This document shows positions 38,609 to 48,937 of a stretch of DNA of 64,000 nucleotides, piece by piece. Below the pieces are notes generated by a model. It saw only the letters and a list, made by a program, of their open reading frames with translations. It had not been told where the DNA came from and searched no databases. The position numbers were made by a program, and so were the translations under genes. The DNA is taken from NCBI GenBank assembly GCA_021513715.1, contig CP084167.1:3232001-3296000 (forward strand), read 5' to 3'. Positions within the stretch are counted from its first letter, which is position 1. Each line of letters starts with the position of its first letter. Source of the DNA: Candidatus Heimdallarchaeum endolithica (GTDB lineage: Archaea; Asgardarchaeota; Heimdallarchaeia; Heimdallarchaeales; Heimdallarchaeaceae).

Positions 38609-39490
38609 ATGTCTGAAGCAAATATACCTCGAATTGTTCTTGGTTCTGTATTATATCCTTATTTTGAGCGCATTCCACAGGATCATATATTAAAAGATAA
38701 AGAAGAACTTGTTAAACTAGTTGAACGGTGTTACCACGCAGGAGCAAAAGCATTTTTATTTTATCTTTATAATAAAGAAATTGTTGAAATAACAAACAGT
38801 ATTACTGAAAGTATTCCTGATATATTACCAATGTTTCTCATAAAGTTTGACAATATGGATCGCATCTTAAATCTTCTCAAAGAACTCAATAAAAAGCCCT
38901 ACATTTTATTTTTGTCATCAGAGATAAGTGATCAGAGAGATGCAGAACTTATCCAGCGATTTAAGAAAGCTTTAGGTAAGCATGCTGAACATATAGGTAT
39001 ATATTCAAGAGAGCCAATAGGAACAGTTTCGCAGTTAATTACAAGTAATGGAGATATTGAACACTTTCTGATACCTTTTAATTTGTTGGGTTATGGTGTC
39101 CAGAACAGAGCTTTACTTGAAATGATTATAAACTCCTCTGAAAATATTTACTATAGTTCTAATCCTGTAGCTGATGGAAAATTAAAAGTAAGGCAAGCAT
39201 TAGAATACATCTCGAATCATAATATTAAAGGGATTTTGGTAGAATTAGAAGATGAAGAAGATATGCTAGAAACGATAAAGTATGGGCGATATTTCTTAGA
39301 AACAAAAGACTTTTTGCAAATAACGCTTGAATTTGAAGATATCACAGATGTATGTGAGTACTGTGGAATAGGAATGGAAAGATATTACCCACCAAGTAAA
39401 AGCGGGGGAAGTTACTTTTATTGTCCTTCATGTGGTCACACAAAACAAATAACTGAAGTAACATATCAAGAAGATAAAGAAAAAGAATAA
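38609..39490 (+). CDS. aldo/keto-reductase-like TIM barrel with C-terminal Zn ribbon
   Basis: PRIVLGS, LIPFNLLG; CEYC..CPSCG. Confidence 0.55.
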   Translation: MSEANIPRIVLGSVLYPYFERIPQDHILKDKEELVKLVERCYHAGAKAFLFYLYNKEIVEITNSITESIPDILPMFLIKFDNMDRILNLLKELNKKPYILFLSSEISDQRDAELIQRFKKALGKHAEHIGIYSREPIGTVSQLITSNGDIEHFLIPFNLLGYGVQNRALLEMIINSSENIYYSSNPVADGKLKVRQALEYISNHNIKGILVELEDEEDMLETIKYGRYFLETKDFLQITLEFEDITDVCEYCGIGMERYYPPSKSGGSYFYCPSCGHTKQITEVTYQEDKEKE

Positions 39491-39653
39491 TTGAGTAGAA
39501 AAAAAGTCTAGTAGAAATAAAGAAAAAAGTTATCTAAATTCTAGCAAAAAGATATTTTTCTATTTTTTAGTTTATTATTCTTCGATTTAGTTCTGACTAA
39601 TTGATTATATTAATAAAGTACAGTGTTTTCTTGTTGTTAGATAGGAAAAAGCG

Positions 39654-40250
39654 TTGGTAAGTATGGCTAGATGTAAATATTGTTATCGAACAATCCCTGA
39701 TGAAGCAGAATTTTGCCCTTATTGTGGAAAAGAGAGACCTATAAGAAAAATAGTGGGTGAAATTGAGGGAATAACTAAAAAGGTAAAAGCTAAAATAGAA
39801 AAGAGAATTCCTACACTAAGGAAACAAGCTTTAGAGATATTAGAGCGATTGTCATCTAAAGCCAAACAAGCTTCTTTTCCTGGTTTTGTAGATAGATCAA
39901 AAGTTATCACCATTCTAAATGATTTAAAGTCTAAACTAGACGCTGAAACTGATCAATCCAAGATTCGAGAATACTCTGAATGGGCAAATTTGATTGAGCA
40001 GACTATTAGTGGAGAAAATTGTATAATTTGTTATCAACCATTTGATATTCATGATGGTGAGCATTTAGACGTCTCTCTCTGCCCTTCATGTCACTATGCT
40101 GCTCACAATAATCATTTTGAAGCTTGGTTAGATAAAAAAGCTATCTGTCCAATATGTAAGGCTTCAATCTCTAAAAATCAATTGGTTAAAGGGTATATTC
40201 AACTTAAAGAAGGGGAACTTGTTTTTACTTCTTCAGAAAAACAATTTTAA
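39654..40250 (+). CDS. Zn-ribbon + RING-finger protein (putative E3 ligase)
   Basis: CIIC..CPSCHYAAH..H..W....CPIC; N-terminal CKYC/FCPYCG. Confidence 0.75.
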   Translation: MVSMARCKYCYRTIPDEAEFCPYCGKERPIRKIVGEIEGITKKVKAKIEKRIPTLRKQALEILERLSSKAKQASFPGFVDRSKVITILNDLKSKLDAETDQSKIREYSEWANLIEQTISGENCIICYQPFDIHDGEHLDVSLCPSCHYAAHNNHFEAWLDKKAICPICKASISKNQLVKGYIQLKEGELVFTSSEKQF

Positions 40251-40273
40251 ATTCCCTTATTTTTATCCTCTTA

Positions 40274-40879
40274 ATGATAGTTAATAAGTCTGAACTTTCC
40301 AAGATTTTAGTTTCTAATAATATCCTCAAATTTGGTTCTTTTACACTAAAATCAGGGGCTAAAAGCTGGTTTTATGTTGATTTAAGACTCATTCCTTCGA
40401 TTCCTGAAGTGTTCAACTACGTTATTGAATCATATGTTGCAAAAATAAATGAATTAGATACAATAGATGCTGTTGCAGGAATAGCTGTTGCTGGAATACC
40501 TTTTTCCTCTGTAATAGGTTATAAACTTAATCTTCCTTCTTTAATTGTAAGAAAACAATCAAAAGATTATGGATTACAGAAAATGGTTGAAGGGAGGGCA
40601 AAAGAAAAATCAACTATTTTACTTATTGATGATGTAATTACCACTGGAGGAAGTAAAACTCCTGCTATTCTTGCACTTCGAGAGAATAACTATGTTGTAA
40701 AGGACCTTTTAGTACTTATAGATAGAAGTGAAGGAAAAGCAGAAGAATTAAAGAATCAAGGAGTTACAGTCCATTCTGTAGCTAAGATAGAGGAAATTTT
40801 TGAAGAATGCTTGAATTTATCTGATGAAGACATCTCTCCAAATGTTAAAGAAATAATAAGAAATAATTTTAAAAACTAA
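40274..40879 (+). CDS. pyrE: orotate phosphoribosyltransferase
   Basis: FTLKSG, YVDLR, RKQSKDYG, LIDDVITTGGS. Confidence 0.95.
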   Translation: MIVNKSELSKILVSNNILKFGSFTLKSGAKSWFYVDLRLIPSIPEVFNYVIESYVAKINELDTIDAVAGIAVAGIPFSSVIGYKLNLPSLIVRKQSKDYGLQKMVEGRAKEKSTILLIDDVITTGGSKTPAILALRENNYVVKDLLVLIDRSEGKAEELKNQGVTVHSVAKIEEIFEECLNLSDEDISPNVKEIIRNNFKN

Positions 40880-41679
40880 AATCTCACTCTTCTTCTTACT
40901 ACTTCTTTCTGTTTTTCATTGAACATTTTTTGATACTTTTCAGCTTCCTTTTTAGGGTCTGTAGAATAAATAATTGCTCTACCTACATTAACCATAGTCT
41001 TAGCTCCAAAGTGGAAAAAGAGAGAATCAGCACTCCCACCTTGTGCTCCTACTCCAGGAACTAAAGCAATACATCTATCTCCTACCTTCTTCCTGATTAA
41101 AGCTACATCCTCTTTTGATACATGACCTGTAGCTCCAATCACACAACCATCAGAAGAAGCTTCTTTGATCTGATTAGCAATATAAAGATAAAGAGGATTG
41201 CTATCAATTGTTGCTTTTTTCTGGTATTCTGCCTCAGGATTAGACATAAGTGTGAGAACAATTATTCCTAATCCATGTTTATGGGCTGTTAGTGTAGCCT
41301 TTTTCGTGTTTCCTGCAAAAGGAGAAAAAGTAAAAGCATCAAATCCTTCTTCTTTAAACCAGTAAATAGCTGAATCATTAGTTGAACCTATATCTCCAAG
41401 TTTATGATCAATAATAGAAAGCATACCTAAAGAGTGAATAAGTTTGTTTATTTCCTTAACTTCTTCAATTGTTAATCCAATGATATATTGTCTATTAATT
41501 TTTATTACGCTTGCATGTTTTTCTACTGCTTTTATTATGTTTATCATAAACTCTAGTTTTGTCATCTCTTTAGGAATAGTATTTTTTTCTCTTTGATTTT
41601 GTATTGCAGGATCTAAACCTACACACAAATAGCTTTTCTTGATTTTAGCATGTTCCAGATACTTATCTACAAAATTCAT
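40876..41679 (-). CDS. pyrF: orotidine-5'-phosphate decarboxylase
   Basis: LCVGLDP, DHKLGDIGST, PGVGAQGG. Confidence 0.95.
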   Translation of the reverse strand: MNFVDKYLEHAKIKKSYLCVGLDPAIQNQREKNTIPKEMTKLEFMINIIKAVEKHASVIKINRQYIIGLTIEEVKEINKLIHSLGMLSIIDHKLGDIGSTNDSAIYWFKEEGFDAFTFSPFAGNTKKATLTAHKHGLGIIVLTLMSNPEAEYQKKATIDSNPLYLYIANQIKEASSDGCVIGATGHVSKEDVALIRKKVGDRCIALVPGVGAQGGSADSLFFHFGAKTMVNVGRAIIYSTDPKKEAEKYQKMFNEKQKEVVRRRVRF

Positions 41680-41692
41680 TCTTTTATTCCTC

Positions 41693-42886
41693 TTATCTCT
41701 TCAACATTATTTTTCCATCTTTTATAACATATTTGATGTTAGCATATAGTGGAAGATTTTCAAAAGCTGACCATTTAACTTTTGATTTTACCCAGTCTTT
41801 ATCGATAAAAATGGCTTCTTTAAGGTCAGCAATAATTATATTTCCATCTTCTATGCTCGCATTGTTAATATTAAGTAATTTAGAAGGAAAACTATGATAT
41901 GCTTCTATTCCTCTATCCCACGTAATTTCTCCTCTTTTTACTAAACTGAAAACAGAAGGTAATAGCTCTTGCACTCCAGGCATACCACTTAACTTTTTTT
42001 CTTTCTTTTCTTCTACAGTGTGAGGAGAGTGATCAGAGCTTATCATCTCAATTTCACCAGTAGAAAAAGCATCTTTTATTTCTATTCTATCTCCTTCTGA
42101 CCTAAGTGGAGGATTAACTTTCTTTTTCCACTCCTCAATTTCGCTTTTTTCATCAAAAAATATGTAACGAGGACAAGTGTCAACGGTTAGGTTGTTTCTT
42201 TTTGTTACCCTAAGCACACGGAGGGCAAGATAGGAAGAAAGATGAGTAACGTGAAATTTCAATCTTGGGTAAATAGAAGACCAGATACTTATTTGTCTTA
42301 CAGCCTCTCCTTCTGCTTCTGGAGGACGTTGTTTAAGATGATTTTTCTTATTTTTGTTTTCATTTAAAATATCAGGGTCTTCAGCATGAAAAATAACAGG
42401 TTTGTCTGATTCTATGTCTTCAAGAATTGAAAGAGCTTTTTCTATATTTTCCTTATTTATTGAGAGGTTTCCAAAAGATTCAGACATAAATACTTTGTAA
42501 GCATCACATACTTCATCTATTTCTCTTAACTGGTCAATATTTGAGTTAGTTATGGCAGAGGCAACAAGTATATCGATTTGGCTCTTTTTTGCTAGTTCTT
42601 TTTTTATAATGATATTCTTAACTGAATCAGTAATAGGATCAGTATTCGGCATGTCTAAGACTTTAACTACTCCACCGTTTAGTGCAGCAATTGACCCTGA
42701 AACGAAGTCCTCTTTATGTTCGTATCCAGGTTGACGAAAATGAACATGAATATCAATTCCTACAGGTAGTCCAATTAAACCCGTTCCATCAATCTTTAGA
42801 TCTTCTTTAGATTCAATTTCTAAATCTTGAACGTAGAAATCTTTTGTTAAATTGTTCCAACTTTCTATATTTTCTATTTTTATCAA
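41693..42886 (-). CDS. pyrC: dihydroorotase
   Basis: DIHVHFRQPG, MPNT, VNPPLR, SDHSPH. Confidence 0.93.
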   Translation of the reverse strand: MIKIENIESWNNLTKDFYVQDLEIESKEDLKIDGTGLIGLPVGIDIHVHFRQPGYEHKEDFVSGSIAALNGGVVKVLDMPNTDPITDSVKNIIIKKELAKKSQIDILVASAITNSNIDQLREIDEVCDAYKVFMSESFGNLSINKENIEKALSILEDIESDKPVIFHAEDPDILNENKNKKNHLKQRPPEAEGEAVRQISIWSSIYPRLKFHVTHLSSYLALRVLRVTKRNNLTVDTCPRYIFFDEKSEIEEWKKKVNPPLRSEGDRIEIKDAFSTGEIEMISSDHSPHTVEEKKEKKLSGMPGVQELLPSVFSLVKRGEITWDRGIEAYHSFPSKLLNINNASIEDGNIIIADLKEAIFIDKDWVKSKVKWSAFENLPLYANIKYVIKDGKIMLKR

Positions 42887-43741
42887 TCAAATCTCCTCTT
42901 TTCTTCCACTTGGTAAACGAGAATAACTGCCAAAATCAGCTATTCTTTCTAATTGTTCTTTAGAAAAAACAGGCCCGTCGACGCAGATTCTTAGTCCTTC
43001 TGGATCTACAACACAAGCTCCACAAAGACCAAAACCACAACGCATATGTCTATCAGCTAAACTCATTTGTATATCAATAATATAGTTATAATTTCTACAG
43101 ATATCAAACAATATTTTCATCATTTTTTCTGGTCCTGCAGAATATATAACAACGCTTTTCTTATTATCTTGATTTAAATACTCCTTTACCCCTTCAGTAG
43201 GAAAACCTTTTCTTCCATAGCTTCCATCATCAGTAAATGGGAAAAAAACTATTTTTTTTTCTTTTGTCCATTTTTCTAGAAGTTCAACATAAAGCAGTTT
43301 TTCTTTTGTTTTTGCTCCTTCAAAAACAAAGATTTCATCTCGTTCAGTTCTTCCTTTAATTATCTCTTCTATTAAATACTTAAGAGGGGGCATGCCGTAT
43401 CCTCCTCCAACAATAATATGTGTTATTGATTTTTTAATCCGAAAAGCTTTTCCAAAAAACCCTCTTATTCCTACAAGATCTCCTTGTTCAAGTTCAAACA
43501 ATGCTTCTGTTCCTTCTCCAACTTTAGCAACGCAAAGTTCTAGTATCTGGTCTCTAATCCCTGCAACACCTATTGGGAATTCATCTATTCCAGGAACCCA
43601 TAACATAACAAATTGTCCTGGTTTAGGTTTTTTGGGGGTGAAAGGAAGTTTAATAAAAAATGTTCGTGTATCTTCATCTTCTTCTCTTATTTTAACAATC
43701 TTACTCATCTCTGGTTTAGAGTTGTGAAAATACTTAGTCAT
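42887..43741 (-). CDS. pyrK: dihydroorotate dehydrogenase electron transfer subunit
   Basis: PGQFVM, GGGYG, CGFGLCGAC..CVDGPVF. Confidence 0.93.
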   Translation of the reverse strand: MTKYFHNSKPEMSKIVKIREEDEDTRTFFIKLPFTPKKPKPGQFVMLWVPGIDEFPIGVAGIRDQILELCVAKVGEGTEALFELEQGDLVGIRGFFGKAFRIKKSITHIIVGGGYGMPPLKYLIEEIIKGRTERDEIFVFEGAKTKEKLLYVELLEKWTKEKKIVFFPFTDDGSYGRKGFPTEGVKEYLNQDNKKSVVIYSAGPEKMMKILFDICRNYNYIIDIQMSLADRHMRCGFGLCGACVVDPEGLRICVDGPVFSKEQLERIADFGSYSRLPSGRKEEI

Positions 43742-44666
43742 TATGGGCTCCTCCTATTAATTCAGAAATAGACTCTAACTTTTGTTCATTCATGTATTTC
43801 TTTATTTGTTGGATAAATAAGTTAGTTTTATTTTCTGGGTATTTTATTCCTATTGCTGTTCCAACTTCCACTGCCGATGCTCCAGCGAGTAAATATTCTA
43901 TAACATCATATCCTGAATTTATTCCTCCTACACCCACAATAGGGATAATTTCTCCAAAACGTTCGAATAAGTCATAAACGAACCTAATCCCAATTGGTTT
44001 AATTGCTGCTCCAGATAACCCTCCTCTCTTAAAACCTAAAATAGGTTTTTTTGAATATATATCAATAATCATTGCTTTTAGAGTGTTGATTGCCACTAAT
44101 GCCGATGCTCCTCCTCTTATTGCAGCTTCTGCTATTTCAAAAATATCTGTGATGTTGGGAGTAAGTTTAACCCAAATAGGTTTAGAAGTTCTTTTTCTCA
44201 TCTCTTTTGTGATTTTATATACAAGTTGGGGGTCTGTTCCTACTGCTAGTCCCTCTTTTTCAGTATTTGGACATGAAAGATTTAACTCAAAACCAAGAAA
44301 AAGTAGATCATCTAATCCTTCTAATACTTCACTAAATTCTTTAATATTTCCTCCAAATATAGAAACAATAGTAGGAACCTTTTTTTCGATGAGAATCTTT
44401 AATTCTTCTTTGTATAGTTTGTAACCAGGGTTAGCTAGTCCAACAGAGTTAATTGCACTTTTAATCTCATGTAGAAAAAAAACACTAGGATTAGGATTAC
44501 CTTCTCTTTCCTCAATTCCAATACTTTTCGTTATAACTGCTCCAAAACCTGATTTGTAAATTCTGTTTAGTGAAGAATAGGAAGAACCTAACACTCCTGA
44601 AGCCAAAATCAAAGGATTACGTAGTGTTATTTTTCCTATTCTTGTTTCAAGGTTCATCAAAAACAT
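43734..44666 (-). CDS. pyrD: dihydroorotate dehydrogenase 1B catalytic subunit
   Basis: NSVGLANPG, ELNLSCPN, VKLTPN, GGLSG. Confidence 0.95.
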   Translation of the reverse strand: MFLMNLETRIGKITLRNPLILASGVLGSSYSSLNRIYKSGFGAVITKSIGIEEREGNPNPSVFFLHEIKSAINSVGLANPGYKLYKEELKILIEKKVPTIVSIFGGNIKEFSEVLEGLDDLLFLGFELNLSCPNTEKEGLAVGTDPQLVYKITKEMRKRTSKPIWVKLTPNITDIFEIAEAAIRGGASALVAINTLKAMIIDIYSKKPILGFKRGGLSGAAIKPIGIRFVYDLFERFGEIIPIVGVGGINSGYDVIEYLLAGASAVEVGTAIGIKYPENKTNLFIQQIKKYMNEQKLESISELIGGAHND

Positions 44667-44838
44667 TTTGTTTAGCTATTATTAAAATTTTAGAAGAAAC
44701 TATACAAACTTGGATTTAGTAATTTTTTTGATAATAGTTTCACTTAACCTAAAGGAAAGAAAGAAATTTTTCTAATAACAATAAAACATTAATACTGTGA
44801 TGTAAAAGTCCTTTATCTCTCAATATATATTAACTCTG

Positions 44839-45549
44839 GTGAAACAGTTGACACGCATTGCGATCATCTCTGACATACATGGTAATATCTTCGGTCTTAA
44901 AGCATTCTTTGAGGATATTAAAAATAAAAAAATCGATGAAATTATCTGTTTAGGAGATGTTGTAGGTTATTATCCTTATCCAAATGAAGTAATAGAACTA
45001 GTAAGGGATAAATGTACAATAACAATTTTAGGAAATCATGATGCTGGAGTTATAGGTGTTGAACCAGAATTCAATTTTAATGATTATGCTTTAGAAGCTC
45101 TTAACTGGACAAAGAAACATATAAGCGAAGAGAACCTTAATTGGTTAAAAACGCTAAAGAAAAGAGTTCAAATTGTGAGAGATAATAAAAATCTATATCT
45201 TGTTCATGGTTCCCCATATGATGTTTTTGATTATATTTATGTTTATGATGAAAGAGACAAGGAAATGATTTTGGAAACTATAGAGTTTTTAAAAACTGAT
45301 GTTTTGATGGTAGGACATACACATGTTCCAGTAAAAGTAGAATATAATAACGGAAAACTTTTTCTTAATCCTGGTTCAATCGGTCAACCTAGAAATGGAC
45401 ATAAGGGTGCATATTATGCTATTTTAGATACTGAAACTTTTACTGCTGAGTTTTACAGGCTTTTATACGACTTTAGTGAATTACAAGAAAAAGTGATAGA
45501 AGAGGGTTTACCTGAAATTCTTGCAACAAGGTTAGATGAAGGAAGATAA
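44839..45549 (+). CDS. metallophosphoesterase (YfcE/MJ0912-like)
   Basis: SDIHGN, GDVVG, GNHD, GHTH, NPGSIGQPR. Confidence 0.92.
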   Translation: MKQLTRIAIISDIHGNIFGLKAFFEDIKNKKIDEIICLGDVVGYYPYPNEVIELVRDKCTITILGNHDAGVIGVEPEFNFNDYALEALNWTKKHISEENLNWLKTLKKRVQIVRDNKNLYLVHGSPYDVFDYIYVYDERDKEMILETIEFLKTDVLMVGHTHVPVKVEYNNGKLFLNPGSIGQPRNGHKGAYYAILDTETFTAEFYRLLYDFSELQEKVIEEGLPEILATRLDEGR

Positions 45550-45552
45550 TTT

Positions 45553-45954
45553 CTAATAATCGTCAAAGTCGTAAGGTATTAAATCTTCTCCATATTCTTT
45601 TTCCAATTCTCTAAGTTGCGCTTCTTCATTTTCATGATATAAATCGTGAAGGATTACTAAAGCTACTCCTGGAGGAGATCCAATTAAAACACTTAATTCT
45701 CTGTAATCTATTCCAGGATTGTCTGGTATGATATTAGTTTGGACATAACCTTTTAAGTTGGCGTAATTAGCGACACTTCTCACAGCATCAATAAGATCGT
45801 TAATTTTTCCTTGAAAACCAGGAAAATTAACGTGATTTAGTTTGTATTGCTTTATTTTCTCTCTAAATTTTCTTTTTTCTTCCTCTCTTTTTTTTCTAAG
45901 TTCTCTTACTTTCCTTCCTCTATCTTCGTCAATAAAATGCGTTAAATCGACCAT
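45553..45954 (-). CDS. hypothetical protein
   Basis: 133 aa; charged N-terminus, HTH-like NPGIDYRELS. Confidence 0.7.
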   Translation of the reverse strand: MVDLTHFIDEDRGRKVRELRKKREEEKRKFREKIKQYKLNHVNFPGFQGKINDLIDAVRSVANYANLKGYVQTNIIPDNPGIDYRELSVLIGSPPGVALVILHDLYHENEEAQLRELEKEYGEDLIPYDFDDY

Positions 45955-46059
45955 TTTTTTACCCCAGCTATTTCCGACGCTCTAAGTTATAAATCGATAA
46001 TAATAAAAAAAGTTATGTATTGATTTTTTTTCTGAAAGTGAAAGTTTTTTAGAATGTAA

Positions 46060-47559
46060 TTACTTAATCCAACCTTTACTTCTTTTCACTGCTTCATGCC
46101 ATTTTTCTAGCATTTTGTCTTTTTTGTCGGTATCTAGGTGAGGAGTGAATTCAATATCAATAACAAAATTCTTTTCAATATCTATTAAATTCTCCCAGTA
46201 TTCGACTGCTAATCCAGCTAAATAAGCAGCTCCTAAGGCTGTAGTCTCTTTCACTAGTGGACGTTGAACAATAGTTTGAGAAATGTCTGACTGGAATTGG
46301 AGAAGAGGATCGCAATTTGTTACTCCCCCATCAACTCTAAGAACAGGAATATCTTTCCCTGAGTCCTTTTTCATAGCATCTATAACATCTTGAGATTGAT
46401 AAACAATTGACTCAAGACCTGCACGAATAATATGATCCCTTGTTGTAGCTTGGGTTAAACCTATGATTATTCCTCTGGCGAAGGAATCCCAATATGGAGC
46501 TCCTAAACCAACAAAAGCAGGAACTAAATAGACTCCTTCAGTTGATGGAGTACGATTCATTATATCTGTTGTTTGTTTAACATCAGGAAGAATACCAATT
46601 TTATTTTTTAGCCAGTTTAAGAGTGCTCCAGTAATAAATACACTTCCTTCAAGGGCATAAGTTGTTTGATCATTATCTATTTTCCATGCAACTGTAGATA
46701 GTAGGCCGTTTTTTGAGAAAACTATGTCTTTACCAGTATTTTGTAAGAGAAAATTACCTGTACCATAAGTGTTTTTTACAGAACCAGGTTGAAAACATGT
46801 TTGTCCAAAAAGAGCTGCTTGCTGATCTCCAGCAGCTCCAGAAACAGGAATAGAAATTGTAAAGAGCTCTTTCTTTGTTTCACCATAAGTATTTTTATCG
46901 CTTGAAGGTTTAATATCAGGAAGAGCAGAGATAATATCTTTTGGTAAACCAATTATCTCAATAAGTTCATCATCCCAAGTTCCTTTATGAATGTTCATGA
47001 GTAAAGTTCTTGAGGAATTAGAGTAATCTGTAACATGATTACCAGTCAAGTTGTAAATTATCCAAGAATCAATAGTCCCAATTTGTAATCTTCCATCCTT
47101 TAGCATATCTTTTACTTTAGGAACATTATCGATTAACCATCTTATTTTTGTACCAGAAAAATAAGGGTCCAAAACTAGTCCTGTTTTTTTTCTAAAAAGA
47201 TCTGAATAATTTTTCCTTAATTCTTCACAGAAATTAGCTGTTCTCCTACATTGCCAAACAATTGCATTGTGTAACGGTTTACCATTTTCTTTATTCCATG
47301 CAACAATTGTTTCTCTTTGATTTGTTATTCCTATTGCTTTAATTTGAGAAAAATCAAGTTTTTCTTTGTTCACTGCATCTTTAATCACTTTTAAGGTATT
47401 TTCCAAAATCTCTTCTGGATTGTGTTCAACCCACCCTTCATTTGGAAAAATCTGTTGGTGTTCTAAATAGGAGTTAGAAACCTCTAAACCGTTTTTATTA
47501 AATATTATTGCTCTTGTTCCTGTTGTTCCTTGATCAATAGCTAAAATGTATTTATTCAT
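46060..47559 (-). CDS. glpK: glycerol kinase
   Basis: DQGTTGTR, TNQRET, GDQQAALFG, TYGTG, GLGAPYWD. Confidence 0.96.
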   Translation of the reverse strand: MNKYILAIDQGTTGTRAIIFNKNGLEVSNSYLEHQQIFPNEGWVEHNPEEILENTLKVIKDAVNKEKLDFSQIKAIGITNQRETIVAWNKENGKPLHNAIVWQCRRTANFCEELRKNYSDLFRKKTGLVLDPYFSGTKIRWLIDNVPKVKDMLKDGRLQIGTIDSWIIYNLTGNHVTDYSNSSRTLLMNIHKGTWDDELIEIIGLPKDIISALPDIKPSSDKNTYGETKKELFTISIPVSGAAGDQQAALFGQTCFQPGSVKNTYGTGNFLLQNTGKDIVFSKNGLLSTVAWKIDNDQTTYALEGSVFITGALLNWLKNKIGILPDVKQTTDIMNRTPSTEGVYLVPAFVGLGAPYWDSFARGIIIGLTQATTRDHIIRAGLESIVYQSQDVIDAMKKDSGKDIPVLRVDGGVTNCDPLLQFQSDISQTIVQRPLVKETTALGAAYLAGLAVEYWENLIDIEKNFVIDIEFTPHLDTDKKDKMLEKWHEAVKRSKGWIK

Positions 47560-47597
47560 AGGTTTTTTTTGAAGAAAGTATTAATATGTTTTTTGTA

Positions 47598-48830
47598 CTA
47601 TTTTAAAACTACAACTACTTGTTCTTCTATTTCTCCATTTAGAATCTCTTCATTTTGTTCAATTTTATCTTTTTTCTGATTATCTTTTCGCGTGTTAATA
47701 TATTGTCTATTTTTCCATTGGATTGGTTTTCCTAGAACTCCTTGAATTATAGAAATAATAATTATAATAACTGTTATTGTCATTCCAATAGGATGGAAAA
47801 GATAGAAAAATAAGCTACCATCTCCCCTTTTGTGCCAATAACTAAAATAACTTGCTGAAAAGCCAAAATATAATCCCAAATTAAATAATAGATCAATTGA
47901 CCAAACAGGATTATCAACAATGGTTTGTACAACAAAATAAGCAGAGATAAAACTATATGATATCCATAATATGATGAAGAAGATCCTCCAAATAGGAAAA
48001 TTAAGTAACCCTTCAAAAATCACTTTTCTAAATCCTTTATAAAAAGATAGAAAATTATCAGGATACATTCTAGTTGAAACGAGTCTATTTGGTTCTAGAA
48101 AATATATTTTTTGACCAAATTCTTTCACTCTTTTAGCTAGTGCGATATCTTCGATAATAGAGTCTTTTACTGCTTCATGTCCTCCAATTATTTCATAACC
48201 TTTTCTTGTGAAGAGAAGATATTGACCAATTGCCATGTAAGCTCTTTTATTATTTTTATCTATGATATCTTTCATAGGTCCCCCAACAAAATAACTTAAG
48301 AAGAAGTAATAGCCTATCATGTACTCATACCACTTCTTAGCTTTTTGATAAGGAAGCATGGAAACAAGAGTAGATTCAGAACCTAAAAGTTGAAAAATGT
48401 TTATCTTTAATGACCTTTCTTCGTGAAAAGTATCTGCATCAGTAAACAAAAGAATATCTCCTTTTGATTCTTTATAACCCAGATAGCATCCATAGCTTTT
48501 ACCCATCCATCCTCTGGGGACTTCAGAATCAACAATCACCACATCAGCATACTCATTAGCAATTTGAACAGTTGCGTCCTTTGATCCTCCATCAGAAACA
48601 ATAATTTCTATTTTTTCTTTTGGATAATCTAAATTTTTTAAACTTTCCAAACAATTTTTGATATTTCTTTCCTCGTTTAATGTGGGGATGATAATACTAA
48701 CTTTAGGAAGATTTGCATCAGTAACAGGTTTGAGTTGCCAACCTATTGCACTGCCTTTTTGAATCCAGATAAGATAAAGAAGGCAAACAAGAACTAATAA
48801 TAAATATAGCCCATTATACAATAATTTCAT
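47598..48830 (-). CDS. membrane GT2 glycosyltransferase (CrtQ/HpnB-like lipid glycosyltransferase)
   Basis: IIPTLNEE, GWMGK, TDADT, EDIAL, RMY, C-terminal TMs. Confidence 0.85.
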   Translation of the reverse strand: MKLLYNGLYLLLVLVCLLYLIWIQKGSAIGWQLKPVTDANLPKVSIIIPTLNEERNIKNCLESLKNLDYPKEKIEIIVSDGGSKDATVQIANEYADVVIVDSEVPRGWMGKSYGCYLGYKESKGDILLFTDADTFHEERSLKINIFQLLGSESTLVSMLPYQKAKKWYEYMIGYYFFLSYFVGGPMKDIIDKNNKRAYMAIGQYLLFTRKGYEIIGGHEAVKDSIIEDIALAKRVKEFGQKIYFLEPNRLVSTRMYPDNFLSFYKGFRKVIFEGLLNFPIWRIFFIILWISYSFISAYFVVQTIVDNPVWSIDLLFNLGLYFGFSASYFSYWHKRGDGSLFFYLFHPIGMTITVIIIIISIIQGVLGKPIQWKNRQYINTRKDNQKKDKIEQNEEILNGEIEEQVVVVLK

Positions 48831-48937
48831 TTAATATCTTCCCAGTTCAAAGAAAAAACAGTTGTATTTATTTTTTCCTACAAATGTATAAGTGCAGATA
48901 TAAAAAAATTCAAATTTTGCATTTAATTTTGAACATA

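Noticed and set aside
44839-45549. Vps29 retromer homolog
   Set aside because: Has the full catalytic metallophosphoesterase motif set and NPGSIGQPR of the common prokaryotic family
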